A DNA stretch of 46,863 bases from contig CAZPQW010000012.1 in the NCBI GenBank assembly GCA_964588985.1, forward strand, positions 1-46,863, read 5' to 3'. Within the stretch, counting starts at the first letter, position 1. Each line of letters starts with the position of its first letter. A model generated the notes under the pieces. The model was not told the origin of the DNA. It saw nothing but the letters and a program-made list of their open reading frames with translations, and did not search any database. Source of the stretch: an uncultured Solirubrobacteraceae bacterium. GTDB taxonomy: Bacteria > Actinomycetota > Thermoleophilia > Solirubrobacterales > Solirubrobacteraceae. Shown piece by piece: positions 1 to 11,461 of the stretch. The position numbers were made by a program, and so were the translations under genes.

Positions 1-929
1 GCCATGTCGGCCAGCTTGAACTGGATCGCCTGGTGCTCTGAGATCGGCTTGCCGAACGTCTTGCGCTCCTGCGAGTAGCGCAGCGCCAGCTCGAGCGCGC
101 GCTGGGCGATCCCGACGCCACGCGCGGCGACGTTCACGCGCCCGACCTCGAGCGCGTCCATCATCTGCGGGAAGCCCTTGTTCAGACCCGCGTCCTCGCC
201 GCCGAGGATGTTCTCCGCCGGGCAGCGATAGCCGTCGAACACCAGCTCCGTCGACTCGACGCCCTTGTAGCCCATCTTGCGCAGCTGCGGCGGGACCGTC
301 AGGCCCGCGTACGCGCCCGTGTTCTCGTGCGCGCCGCCCTCCTTCTCCGCGATGAAGCACGTCATGCCCTTGTAGGCCTTCTCCGCGTTCGGGTCGGTCT
401 TCACGAGCACGAACACCAGGTCCGAGCGCAGGCCGTTCGTCACCCACATCTTCTGGCCGTTGATCTCGTAGTCGCCGTCGTCGGTCTTCTTCGCCGCGGT
501 TTTGATCGCCTGCACGTCCGAGCCCAGCTCGGGCTCCGACAGCGAGAACGCCGCGCGGATCTCGCCCGTCGACATCCGCGGCAGGTACTTCTGCTTCTGC
601 TCCTCGTTGCCGAACTTCATCAGCAGGTAGGAGCCGATGAAGTGCGTGTTGATCACGCCCGAGATCGAGATCCAGCCGCGCGAGAGCTCCTCCACGATCA
701 TCGCGTAGGTCGTCAGATCCAGCCCCATCCCGCCGTACTCCTCCGGGATCGTCACACCGAACAGCCCCAGCTCCTTCATCTGCTCCACTATCGGCCCCGG
801 GAACTCGTCCTCGTGGTCGTAGTGCTCGGCGTTCGGCAGGATCTGCTCGTCGACGAACTGGTGCACCATCTCGGTGATCGCCTTCTGCTCGTCGGTCTTC
901 TCGGTGTACGGGGTCGCTGCTACGGCCAT
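1..929 (-). CDS. Acyl-CoA dehydrogenase (3' end runs off the window)
   Basis: Not in the ORF track. Manual translation from ATG 929: MAVAATPYTEKTDEQKAITEMVHQFVDEQILP...IPEEYGGMGLD...FSLSEPELGSD...INGQKMWVTNG...KMGYKG...GRVNVAARGVGIAQRALELALRYSQERKTFGKPISEHQAIQFKLADM, all ACAD motifs. Confidence 0.95.
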   Translation of the reverse strand, partial: MAVAATPYTEKTDEQKAITEMVHQFVDEQILPNAEHYDHEDEFPGPIVEQMKELGLFGVTIPEEYGGMGLDLTTYAMIVEELSRGWISISGVINTHFIGSYLLMKFGNEEQKQKYLPRMSTGEIRAAFSLSEPELGSDVQAIKTAAKKTDDGDYEINGQKMWVTNGLRSDLVFVLVKTDPNAEKAYKGMTCFIAEKEGGAHENTGAYAGLTVPPQLRKMGYKGVESTELVFDGYRCPAENILGGEDAGLNKGFPQMMDALEVGRVNVAARGVGIAQRALELALRYSQERKTFGKPISEHQAIQFKLADM

Positions 930-990
930 TGTCGGGAACGCTCCAGATTCGGGATGGGCTTCTCTCGTTCGATACGAGGAGAATACCGGC

Positions 991-2466
991 GTGAACTTCT
1001 CGCGCGAGGTATTCGAGGCCAACGATCCCCGACGGCTCGCGCTGCTCGAGCTCGCACGCGACGGCTCCAGGCGCGAATGGAGCTTCGGCGAGCTCGCCGA
1101 ACGGTCGGCCCGGCTCGCCGGCGCGCTGCAGCGACACGGCGTGCGCCGGGGCGACGTGGTGATGACGCTGATCGGCAACCGCCCCGAGTGGGCGCTCACG
1201 ATGATGGCCTGCTTCCGCATCGGTGCGGTCGTGCTGCCGTGCACCGAGCAGTCGCGCGCGAAGGACCTGCGGCTGCGGATCGACGTCGCCCAGCCCACGC
1301 TGATCGTCGCCGACGAGCGCAACCGCGAACAGCTGGATGAGGCCGCCGGCACCGTCCCCGTGCTCCACATCCCCGACGAGACGCTGTTCGCGGGCGAGCC
1401 CGCGCCGGCCGTGGAGCTCGAGCCGGACGAGCCCTGCCTGATCACATTCACCAGCGGCACAGCCGGGGAGCCAAAGGCCGTCGTCCACGCCCAGCGCTAC
1501 CTCGACGGCCAGCGCGTGCAGGCGTCCACCTGGCTCTCCGCCCGCGAGGGAGAGCTGGTCTGGTGCACCGCCGCCAGCGGCTGGTCGAAGTCCGCGCGCA
1601 ACGTGTTCATCGCACCCTGGCTGTCCGGCGCGGCCGCGCTGATGCACGACGCGCGCTTCGACCCCGAGGAGCGCCTCGAGATCCTCGAGCGCGAGCGCGT
1701 GAGCGTGCTGTGCATGGCGCCAACCGAGTATCGCGTCATCGCCAAGCGCGCCACCCTGCGCCCGCTGCCCCACCTGCGCGGCATGGTCGCCGCCGGCGAG
1801 GCGCTCAACCCCGAGGTCCTGCGCGCTTGGTTGGAGGCCACCGGCCTGGAGATCCGCGACGGCTACGGCCAGACCGAGACCGGGCAGCTCACGGGCGCGC
1901 CCGCGGGCGTCACCGCGCGCGCCGGCTCGATGGGCCAGGCGCTGCCGGGCGTATCGCTGTCGATCCTCGACGGCGAGCTGACCGTAGACCCCGCGACCGT
2001 GCCCACGTTCTTCCTCGGCTACCTCGGCGAGCAGGTCCACCGCGGCGAGGACGGCGCGTGGCACGTGGAGGATCGCCGCGCCGGCGGGCCGTGGCACACC
2101 GGCGACCGCGTCGGGCAAGACGACGACGGCTGGCTGCACTTCGAGGGGCGCAACGACGACGTGATCGTCTCCGCCGGCTACCGCATCGGCCCGTTCGAGG
2201 TCGAGTCCGCGCTCGTCGCCCACCCCGCCGTCGCCGAGGCCGCCGCCGTCGCGGCCCCCGACGAGGAGCGCGGCGCGGTCGTGCGCGCGGTCGTCGTCCT
2301 GCGCGACGGCCCCTACAGCCCCTCGCCCGAGCTGGCTCGAGAGCTGCAGGAGCACGTCAAGCGCGAAACCGCCCCCTACAAGTACCCACGCATCGTCGAG
2401 TTCGTCGCGGAGCTGCCCAAGACGCCCAGCGGGAAGATCAAGCGGGCGGAGCTACGGGCGGGCTGA
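991..2466 (+). CDS. AMP-binding acyl-CoA synthetase (medium-chain/acetyl-CoA synthetase-like)
   Basis: Motifs ITFTSGTAGEPKAV, YGQTETG, TGD, GRNDD and LPKTPSGKIKR. Start moved from 874 to GTG 991, which follows a GAGGAG RBS and avoids overlap with the divergent ACAD. Confidence 0.92.
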   Translation: MNFSREVFEANDPRRLALLELARDGSRREWSFGELAERSARLAGALQRHGVRRGDVVMTLIGNRPEWALTMMACFRIGAVVLPCTEQSRAKDLRLRIDVAQPTLIVADERNREQLDEAAGTVPVLHIPDETLFAGEPAPAVELEPDEPCLITFTSGTAGEPKAVVHAQRYLDGQRVQASTWLSAREGELVWCTAASGWSKSARNVFIAPWLSGAAALMHDARFDPEERLEILERERVSVLCMAPTEYRVIAKRATLRPLPHLRGMVAAGEALNPEVLRAWLEATGLEIRDGYGQTETGQLTGAPAGVTARAGSMGQALPGVSLSILDGELTVDPATVPTFFLGYLGEQVHRGEDGAWHVEDRRAGGPWHTGDRVGQDDDGWLHFEGRNDDVIVSAGYRIGPFEVESALVAHPAVAEAAAVAAPDEERGAVVRAVVVLRDGPYSPSPELARELQEHVKRETAPYKYPRIVEFVAELPKTPSGKIKRAELRAG

Positions 2467-2707
2467 GCTGCTGGGTGAGCGGGAGGTGAGCGAAACCTCC
2501 ATCACGGTATAGCTTCTGATGTACCGCTTGGTGTAGTGGTGGCTGTACCGCGCATAGTCGACTTCGCTGGTTCGCGGGCGCCGCGCAGCAGCGAGCGCGT
2601 CATCTCCGTGAGAGCGCCCTCGTCGGCACGGCGCGAGCGCCCGAAGGCGCGCGCACGCTGCACCGTGAGCCGACGCGCGGCTTGATTGCTGTGTCGCGCC
2701 ACGGCGC

Positions 2708-4234
2708 TCATGCTGCCTGCGCGATCGGCTCGGACATCCGCTCGGAGATCATGCGCTCAGCATCCACGTCCTCGATCTCCTGCGGCAGCGACGCCGCCGG
2801 CGGGCGCAGGAGCAGGAACGCCGCGAGGATGCCGCCGGCGACGCTCGCCGCCCCCACCACGTACGCGAGGTGGAAGCCGCCGGTGAGCGCGCTCGCCAGC
2901 GAATGGCCGTCCGCGCTCAACGCCTTCGTGTGGTCGGTCGCGATCGTTCCCAACACGGCAAGCCCGATCGCACCGAACAGCTGCACCGACACGTTGATGA
3001 TCCCCGACGCCAGGCCCGCGTCGCGCGCCGGCGCGTCGGCCATGCCGATCGTCAGCAGCGGCAGGAACGAAGCCCCCGCCCCCAGCCCCAACGCCAGGAA
3101 GGCGAAGAATAGGCCCGGGAAGTAGCTCGCGTGCACGCCCGCGTCGGCGAGCAGCAGCAGTCCAACGACGATTCCCACCAGGCCGCCCGCGAGTGTCGGA
3201 ACCGAGCCCACGCGTTCCACCAGCCGCGCCGAGACGCCCATCGACATCGTCGCGATCGCGATCGTCAGGGGCATGAACGCCAGCCCCGTTTCGATCGCGT
3301 CGTAGCCGAGCACCCGCTCGAGATACAGGGCGCCGAGGAAGAACGCCGAGAACATGCCCGTCACGAGCAGCCCTCTCACGAGGCTCGAGCCCATCAGCGT
3401 GCGCAGCCGCAGGATCCGCAGCGGCATGATCGGGTTGGCCACGCGCGCCTCCCACGTCAGGAACGCGCCGAGCAGGATCAGCGACGCGCTACCCGCGCCG
3501 AGCGTGCGCGCCGAGGACAGCCCGTATTCGCTCGACTTCACGATCGCGAACGCGCCGATCATCGTCGCGAGCGTCACCAGGATCGAGCCGATCACGTCCA
3601 CGCCGTCGGCCAGCCCGAGACCATCGTTCTCCTCGATCAGCGCCGAGCCCAGCAGCAGCGCCGCCGCGCCGATCGGCACGTTCACGAAGAAGATCCAGTG
3701 CCAGTCCAGCGACTGCGTCAGCGCCCCGCCCGCCAGCAGCCCGATCGAGCCGCCTCCCGCGGACACGAACGCGTAAAGGCCCATCGCCTTCGCCTGCTCG
3801 ACGCGCTCCGGGAACTCCGTCACGATGATCGCCAGGATCACGCTCGAAGCCACCGCCCCGCCCACGCCCTGGATCAGGCGCGCGCCGATCAGCGTCGCCT
3901 GGCTGTCCGCCACGCCGCAAAGGATCGAAGCCGCCACGAACAGGACGAGGCCGCTGAGAAAAACCCGCTTTCGTCCCACAAGGTCGCCGAACCGTCCCGC
4001 CAACAGCAGGAACCCACCGAACGTGATCATGTAGCCGTCGATAACCCACGTCAGGTTGGCCTGGGTGAAGTGCAGGTCGTGCTGGATCGACGGCAGCGCG
4101 ACGTTCACGATCGTCGCGTCCAGAACCATCATCAGCTGGCCGAGGCACAGGACGGCGAGCGCCAGCCAGCGGCGGCGCTCCCTCGCCGCGGCGGGGTCTT
4201 CGGTGGTCGTGAATCGGCTGAGAAGAGCTGTCAT
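2708..4234 (-). CDS. MFS transporter, DHA2 (EmrB/QacA) family, 14 TM
   Basis: Motifs LDATIVNVALPSI, GRFGDLVGRKRVF and WHWIFFVNVPIG. ATG 4234 is preceded by GGAGGA. Confidence 0.93.
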   Translation of the reverse strand: MTALLSRFTTTEDPAAARERRRWLALAVLCLGQLMMVLDATIVNVALPSIQHDLHFTQANLTWVIDGYMITFGGFLLLAGRFGDLVGRKRVFLSGLVLFVAASILCGVADSQATLIGARLIQGVGGAVASSVILAIIVTEFPERVEQAKAMGLYAFVSAGGGSIGLLAGGALTQSLDWHWIFFVNVPIGAAALLLGSALIEENDGLGLADGVDVIGSILVTLATMIGAFAIVKSSEYGLSSARTLGAGSASLILLGAFLTWEARVANPIMPLRILRLRTLMGSSLVRGLLVTGMFSAFFLGALYLERVLGYDAIETGLAFMPLTIAIATMSMGVSARLVERVGSVPTLAGGLVGIVVGLLLLADAGVHASYFPGLFFAFLALGLGAGASFLPLLTIGMADAPARDAGLASGIINVSVQLFGAIGLAVLGTIATDHTKALSADGHSLASALTGGFHLAYVVGAASVAGGILAAFLLLRPPAASLPQEIEDVDAERMISERMSEPIAQAA

Positions 4235-4274
4235 GGGGTTCCTCCGAGGTTGCGTGGAACACACCATAACAACT

Positions 4275-4297
4275 ATCATCCATTCTTCAAGGATGAT
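4275..4297. promoter_or_regulatory. Inverted repeat, probable MarR operator
   Basis: ATCATCC-N9-GGATGAT in the AT-rich divergent MFS/MarR intergenic region. Confidence 0.55.
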
Positions 4298-4364
4298 CTA
4301 TGAAAAATTTAGGATCGCTGCTATTGTGATGATTGGTGCTTTGATGATGTATAGACTTCGTAAC

Positions 4365-4838
4365 GTGGCTGACAAGCGTGACTGTGCCCCCGGCTCGGCG
4401 GTGCTGCTGAGCCGTCTGGCCAAGCAGGTCTATCGCCGCTCCAGCGAGGAGCAGCTGGGAATGCACCTGCGCCATCTGGTCGCGCTCAGCTACGTCTCAG
4501 ATCACGACGACTGCCCCCAGCAGGACCTCGCCGACGCGTTCTGCATGGACGCCAACAACGTCGTCCTGCTGCTCAACGAGCTCGAGCAGCTCGGCTACAC
4601 CACACGCGTGCGCGACCCCAGCGACCGACGCCGCCATCTCGTCCAGATCACACCCTCCGGCCGTGAGGCGCTCGGGCTGGCGGAACGCGCGCAGATCGCA
4701 ATCGAGGACCACGTGCTCGCGGCGCTCGACGCCGGCGAGCGCAGGACCCTGCGCGAGCTGCTCAACCGCGCGCTGCGCAGCGTCGAGCCGACCGACGTGG
4801 ACGTCTACAGCGCCACGAGCGCGTCGATCTCCACGTAG
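4365..4838 (+). CDS. MarR-family transcriptional regulator
   Basis: Winged-helix signature QQDLADAFCMDANNVVLLLNELEQLGYTTRVRDPSDRRRHLVQITPSG. GTG 4365 lies 7 nt after TAGACT (leaderless-like). Confidence 0.9.
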   Translation: MADKRDCAPGSAVLLSRLAKQVYRRSSEEQLGMHLRHLVALSYVSDHDDCPQQDLADAFCMDANNVVLLLNELEQLGYTTRVRDPSDRRRHLVQITPSGREALGLAERAQIAIEDHVLAALDAGERRTLRELLNRALRSVEPTDVDVYSATSASIST

Positions 4839-5191
4839 GCGCCCTTCGGCAGGGCGGCCACCCCGACCGTCACCCGCGCCGGCGGCTGCTCGGGAAAGAA
4901 CGACGCGTACACCTCGTTCACCGCCGCGAACTCGCCCAGATCGGTCATGTAGATCGTCATCCGCAACGCGTTGCGCAGCGAGGTCCCGCCGGCCGCGCAC
5001 ACGGCCTGCAGGTTCTCCAGGCAGCGCCGCGCCTGCTCCGCCGCGGTCGCGCCCACCAGCTCGCCCGTCGCGGGGTCGAGCGGGATCTGCCCGGAGCACA
5101 CCAGCAGCCCAGCGGCCTTCACCGCATGGCTGTAGGGGCCGATCGCCTCCGGCGCATCAGGGGCGGTCACGATCTCGCGCTCTGAGCTCAC
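4805..5191 (-). CDS. ridA: RidA/YjgF/UK114 reactive-intermediate deaminase
   Basis: Motifs APEAIGPYSHAV, SGQIPLDP, PPARVTVGVAALP and VEIDALV. 34-nt convergent overlap with the MarR gene. Confidence 0.92.
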   Translation of the reverse strand: MSSEREIVTAPDAPEAIGPYSHAVKAAGLLVCSGQIPLDPATGELVGATAAEQARRCLENLQAVCAAGGTSLRNALRMTIYMTDLGEFAAVNEVYASFFPEQPPARVTVGVAALPKGAYVEIDALVAL

Positions 5192-5284
5192 GACCCGAGC
5201 CTATCGCGACGCGCAGGCGTGGCGTGGATCTCGTGTATCGCAGATGCCAAGCCGCACATCCCCGAAAGCCGATAAATTTCGACT

Positions 5285-7264
5285 GTGGGGACCATCCTCA
5301 ACAAGGTCGCCGTCGCCCTCCTGGCGGCGGGCCTGTGGATCTGCGCGTCGGCGAGCAGCTCGCAGGCGCTGATCGGGTGGGTGCCGTGCAAGGGCGGCAA
5401 CGAGTTCGCCTGCAGCCACCTCACCGTCCCGCTCGATCCCAGCGGCGCCGTGCCAGGGACGATCACGCTCGACCTGCGCCGTCACCGCGCCACCGTCGGC
5501 GAAGCGCGCACCGCAATCGTCGCCCTCGCCGGCGGACCCGGACAGGCCGCGGTGCCGTTCACCGAAGGCTTCGACGAACTGCTCGGACCGATCGCCGCCA
5601 CCCGCGACCTGATCGTCTTCGACCAGCGCGGCACCGGCATGTCGACCCCGCTCTCCTGCCATGCCTTCGAAGTGGCCCGCCTGTCGCACACCTTCGGGCA
5701 GCTGATCGAAAGCTGCGCGTCGCAGATCGGCTCGGTCCGCTCGTTCTACACCACCGCCGACACCGTCGCCGACATCGAGGCGATCCGCCAGGCGGGCGAC
5801 TACGAAAAGCTCGTCCTCTACGGAACCAGCTATGGAACGAAGGTGGCCGAGGAGTACGCGCAGGCTTATCCGAGCCACGTCGAAGCGCTCGTGCTCGACT
5901 CGGTCGTGCCGCCCAACGGCCCCGACACGTTCGACCGGCCCACCTTCGCGGCCGTTCCCCGCGTCCTGCGCCAGATCTGCGCCGCGCACGCCTGCACCGG
6001 GATCACCCCGGACCCCGTCGCCGACCTCGCCCGCGTGGTCGCGCGCATAGATGGCGGCGTGCTGCGCGGACCGGTGATCGACGGCTTCGGCAGGTCGCAC
6101 GAGGAAGCGGTCAACTCGAACGAACTCCTCTATATGCTCCTTGCGGGCGACTTCTCGAGCGTGCTGCGCGCCGAATTCGTGACCGCGATCGCCGCCGCCG
6201 CGAGGGGCGACCGCGCGCCGCTCGAGCGTCTCGTGTACCTCTTCGACAGCGCCAGCGGCGAACCCGAAGACTTCGACTCGCCGCTCTACTACGCGACCAG
6301 CTGCGAAGAGGAGGACTTCCCCTGGAACCGCGCCGCCAAAGCCAACACGCGACTGGCTCAGGCGCGTAGGGCCGCCGATGCGCTGCCCGCAAGCACGTTC
6401 GCGCCGTTCGCCGTGAGCAACGCGCTCGAAGCCGGCGACATCCAGGGATGCGCCCACTGGCCGTCGTCGCTGCCGGCCCAGCCGCTGGACGAGACGCCGT
6501 TCCCGAACGTCCCCACGCTGATCCTCAGCGGAGCCGACGACCTGCGCACCCCGACCGCAAACGCGGTCGAAGTCGCCGCCCAGATCCCGGACTCGCAACT
6601 GCTCGTGGTTCCCTACACCGGCCACTCGGTGCTCACCGACGAGCCCACCGAATGCGCCGCGCAGGCTCTGCAGGCGCTGTTCACGCCGAAACCGATCAGG
6701 CCCTGCCCCCCGGCGCCCACCCCCACATCGCTTCAACCGCCGCCGCTACCGCCACTGCACCTCGGGTCGCTCTCCCCGGTGACCGGCTCCCACGGGCTAC
6801 CCGGACGCACACTGCACGCCGTCGCCCTAACGCTCGCCGACACCGCGCGCCAGATCCTGCTGCGGCTGAGGAACCTCAGCTTCTCCGAAGCGCTCTCACT
6901 CTCGACGATCCGCACGGGAGGGCTGCGCGCCGGCTGGGCGGAGGAGGCCAGCGGCGGCGTCTTCACGTTCCACGGCATCTCCTACGTCCCCGGCGTGACC
7001 GTCTCCGGGACGATCAAGTCCGAAGCCGTCGACCTGCGCATCGGCGGCTCCGGGGACGCGCACGGCACGCTGCGACTGGGCGCCCACCACGCGCTCGTCG
7101 GCGACCTCGGCGGCAGCCACGTCGTGCTGCCGGCGAATTCCCGGGCCAGCGCAGCTATTGTCGGGGCGAATGCGCAGGCGAGCTCCAAGTCGGCTGATGG
7201 CCGCGCTGCTGCCCTTGCTGGCATTCGCGGGTTTGCCAGCCTCCTCCCCTGGCTCCAGTCTTAG
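5285..7264 (+). CDS. Secreted alpha/beta hydrolase (TAP/tripeptidyl-peptidase-like), paralog 1
   Basis: Signal peptide, GGPG, DQRGTG, nucleophile GTSYGT, acid DDLRTP, His TGHSV, plus an extra C-terminal domain. Confidence 0.88.
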   Translation: MGTILNKVAVALLAAGLWICASASSSQALIGWVPCKGGNEFACSHLTVPLDPSGAVPGTITLDLRRHRATVGEARTAIVALAGGPGQAAVPFTEGFDELLGPIAATRDLIVFDQRGTGMSTPLSCHAFEVARLSHTFGQLIESCASQIGSVRSFYTTADTVADIEAIRQAGDYEKLVLYGTSYGTKVAEEYAQAYPSHVEALVLDSVVPPNGPDTFDRPTFAAVPRVLRQICAAHACTGITPDPVADLARVVARIDGGVLRGPVIDGFGRSHEEAVNSNELLYMLLAGDFSSVLRAEFVTAIAAAARGDRAPLERLVYLFDSASGEPEDFDSPLYYATSCEEEDFPWNRAAKANTRLAQARRAADALPASTFAPFAVSNALEAGDIQGCAHWPSSLPAQPLDETPFPNVPTLILSGADDLRTPTANAVEVAAQIPDSQLLVVPYTGHSVLTDEPTECAAQALQALFTPKPIRPCPPAPTPTSLQPPPLPPLHLGSLSPVTGSHGLPGRTLHAVALTLADTARQILLRLRNLSFSEALSLSTIRTGGLRAGWAEEASGGVFTFHGISYVPGVTVSGTIKSEAVDLRIGGSGDAHGTLRLGAHHALVGDLGGSHVVLPANSRASAAIVGANAQASSKSADGRAAALAGIRGFASLLPWLQS

Positions 7265-9137
7265 CTTCCTCACCTGCCCCGAAGCGCCCACGTTCGCGTG
7301 CACCTCGCTGGCCGTGCCACTCGACCGCAGCGGCGCCGTCGCCGGCGCCCTCACGCTGAGCGCCGAGCGCAAGCTCGCCGGGATCGCACCCAGCCGTGAC
7401 GCGGTCCTCGCACTCGCCGGCGGACCCGGACAGGCCGCGCTTCCCCTGTCCGCCTACGTCGCGCAGGCGATTGCGCCCGCGCTCGGCACGCGCGACCTGC
7501 TGCTGTTCGACCAGCGCGGCACCGGCGCGTCGAGTCCGCTGAGCTGCCCCGCCCTGGAAGGCTTCTCTTTCGAACCGGTCACCCACATCTACGAACGGTG
7601 CGCGCTCCAGATCGGACCGTCGCGAGGCGCCTACACGACCGCGGAATCGGTCCAGGACATCGAGGCGCTCAGGCAGGCCGGCGGCTACGAAAAGCTCGTC
7701 CTCTACGGCACCTCCTACGGCACCAAGGTAGCGCTCGACTACGCCGCGCGCTACCCCCAGAACGTCGAAGCGCTCGTGCTCGACTCGGTGGTGCCCGCCG
7801 CGGGCGAGGAACCGCTCGAGATCCCCACCTTCAAAGCGATCGGTCCGGCGCTCGAAGAGCTGTGCGCCGACCGCGCGTGCGCCGGCATCACCCACAACCC
7901 GCTGCACGACGTCGCCCACCTCGCCGCGATCCTCCACAGGCGCGCGCTGAGCGGATCTGTGTACGACGGCACGGGCAAGCGACACGCCAGCACCATCGGC
8001 GAGGCGGGGCTGCTCGGGATCATCCAGGGCGGCGACCTCAACCCCGCGCTGCGAGCGCTGCTGCCCGCCGCGGTGCGCTCGGCGCTGCGACACGACCCCG
8101 ACCCGCTGCTGCGCCTGCAGCTGCTCGCCGAGGGCCTCATCCCCAACGCGCTGAAGGCGCCCCCCGCGGCCGAACACCCCCAGGAGATCGACGAAGCGCT
8201 GTTCGCCACGACCCTCTGCGAGGAGACCGCCTTCCCCTGGCAGCGTGCCGCTCCCAGCGCCACCCGTCTGGCCGAAGCGAGCGCCGCCGCGCACGCCCAG
8301 CCGGCCGGTTCCTTCTACCCCTTCGACACCGCCACCGCCCTGCAGAGTGGCCTCACCGCCGACTGCGCCGCGTGGCCGGACGCCTCCGCCTCGCCGTCCG
8401 CCGCGAGCGCGCTGCCGAACGTGCCCACCCTGATCCTCTCCGGCGAGCAGGATCTCCGCACCCCCACCTCCTCCGCGCTCGGCGTCGCCGCGCAGATACC
8501 CGACGCCCAGATGGCGCTCGTGCCGTTCACCGGGCACTCGGTCATCGGCAGCGACCTCAGCCACTGCGCATCCCAGGCCGTCAGCGCGTTCTTCGCCGGC
8601 GCGCTCGTCCAGCCCTGCGGACCCACCTCCAACAGGTTCACGCCCACCCCCATCACCCCCACCACGCTCGCCCGCATCCGCCCCCCGTCCACCGTCCCGG
8701 GCAGGCCCGGCCAGACGCTCGTCGCGGTCCTCGACGCGCTCGTCGACCTCAACCGCCAGATCATCGGCGCGACGCTCCAGGCCAACCAGGAACTACCCAG
8801 CGGCGCGAGCTTCGGAGGATTGCGCGGCGGGTACGCGCGGCTCAGCTCGCGCGCCGTCACGCTGCACGGCTTCTCGTTCGTCCCGGGCGTCCAGCTGACC
8901 GGCACCTTCCACATCCGTAACGGCGCGCTGCAGGTGAGCACGATCCGCATCTCCGGCGCGCAGGCCGCCGCCGGGACCGTCAGGACCGGCACCGGCATCG
9001 CACGGATCACCGGCACGCTCGGTGGAGCGCACTTCAGCGTGAGCCCCGCCAAGGTCAAGGTCTCCAGCAGCGGCCCTGACGGGTGGCCTTCGCTGGCCGC
9101 GATCGACGAGCACGTGCGCCTGCCGCGGCTACGCTGA
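7170..9137 (+). CDS. Secreted alpha/beta hydrolase (TAP-like), paralog 2
   Basis: Same motifs (GGPG, DQRGTG, GTSYGT, QDLRTP, TGHSV). ATG 7170 lies 8 nt after TATTGT. Confidence 0.88.
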   Translation: MRRRAPSRLMAALLPLLAFAGLPASSPGSSLSFLTCPEAPTFACTSLAVPLDRSGAVAGALTLSAERKLAGIAPSRDAVLALAGGPGQAALPLSAYVAQAIAPALGTRDLLLFDQRGTGASSPLSCPALEGFSFEPVTHIYERCALQIGPSRGAYTTAESVQDIEALRQAGGYEKLVLYGTSYGTKVALDYAARYPQNVEALVLDSVVPAAGEEPLEIPTFKAIGPALEELCADRACAGITHNPLHDVAHLAAILHRRALSGSVYDGTGKRHASTIGEAGLLGIIQGGDLNPALRALLPAAVRSALRHDPDPLLRLQLLAEGLIPNALKAPPAAEHPQEIDEALFATTLCEETAFPWQRAAPSATRLAEASAAAHAQPAGSFYPFDTATALQSGLTADCAAWPDASASPSAASALPNVPTLILSGEQDLRTPTSSALGVAAQIPDAQMALVPFTGHSVIGSDLSHCASQAVSAFFAGALVQPCGPTSNRFTPTPITPTTLARIRPPSTVPGRPGQTLVAVLDALVDLNRQIIGATLQANQELPSGASFGGLRGGYARLSSRAVTLHGFSFVPGVQLTGTFHIRNGALQVSTIRISGAQAAAGTVRTGTGIARITGTLGGAHFSVSPAKVKVSSSGPDGWPSLAAIDEHVRLPRLR

Positions 9138-9141
9138 GCGC

Positions 9142-10932
<1,791 letters not shown>

Positions 10933-10989
10933 TATTGGATCATCAATTAGTCCCAGCGTTTCGTCTCAAGCCGTGAGGACAATCTTCGA

Positions 10990-11460
10990 ATGTCCATCGC
11001 GCCTCTGCCCGAACTGAGCTACCAGGCAGCCATCCGCTCACTCGACCTCCAAGAGCGCGGTGTAGAGCAGCTCCGCGCGAGGACGGGCACGCTGCTCGCA
11101 GCATCGTCCCTCACCGCATCTTTTCTGGGGGCACAGGCGATCCAACGCAACGGCATCGGCCTATTCGGCGCCCTTGCGCTTGCCTCGCTCGCGTCGTCGA
11201 TCGCTCTCTGCATCTACGTGTTGCTGCCAAAGAGCGATCTGGTCTTCGACATCGAGCCATCCAAGATGTACGAGTCGCTGCTTGACGCGGTTGCTGACGA
11301 GTCGGAGCTTCGGCGGCAGCTCCTCTACTAGCTGGTCAGCTTCTGGCGAGCCAACCAGGGCACCATCGATGCCCTTGGGCGTTACTACGTCGCCGCGGCC
11401 ATCGCACTCCTTCTACAGCTCACGTTCTGGTCCTCGGCACTGGCCGCTAGCATCTCTTGA
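10990..11460 (+). pseudogene. Multi-TM membrane protein (156 codons) interrupted by in-frame TAG at 11329-11331
   Basis: After ...RRQLLY-TAG the frame continues LVSFWRANQGTIDALGRYYVAAAIALLLQLTFWSSALAASIS-TGA (11460), adding a further TM helix. TGG to TAG is a single change. Confidence 0.7.
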
Positions 11461-11461
11461 G

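Noticed and set aside
874-990. N-terminal extension of the acyl-CoA synthetase
   Set aside because: Overlaps the divergent ACAD start; a good RBS precedes GTG 991.
327-1340. 337-aa plus-strand ORF and the many other long antisense or alternate-frame ORFs (e.g. 4663..6369, 25069..27381, 43693..45984)
   Set aside because: Shadow ORFs of high-GC genes: Arg/Ala/Pro-rich, no motifs, and overlapping well-supported genes.
2521-2600. tRNA-like GGTGTAGTGGT ... GGTTCG
   Set aside because: No TTCRANYC T-arm, acceptor stem or cloverleaf.
11329-11331. Pyrrolysine or genome-wide TAG recoding
   Set aside because: TAG is a normal stop for marR, glnA, nadB, cysM and others here, and no pyl genes are present.
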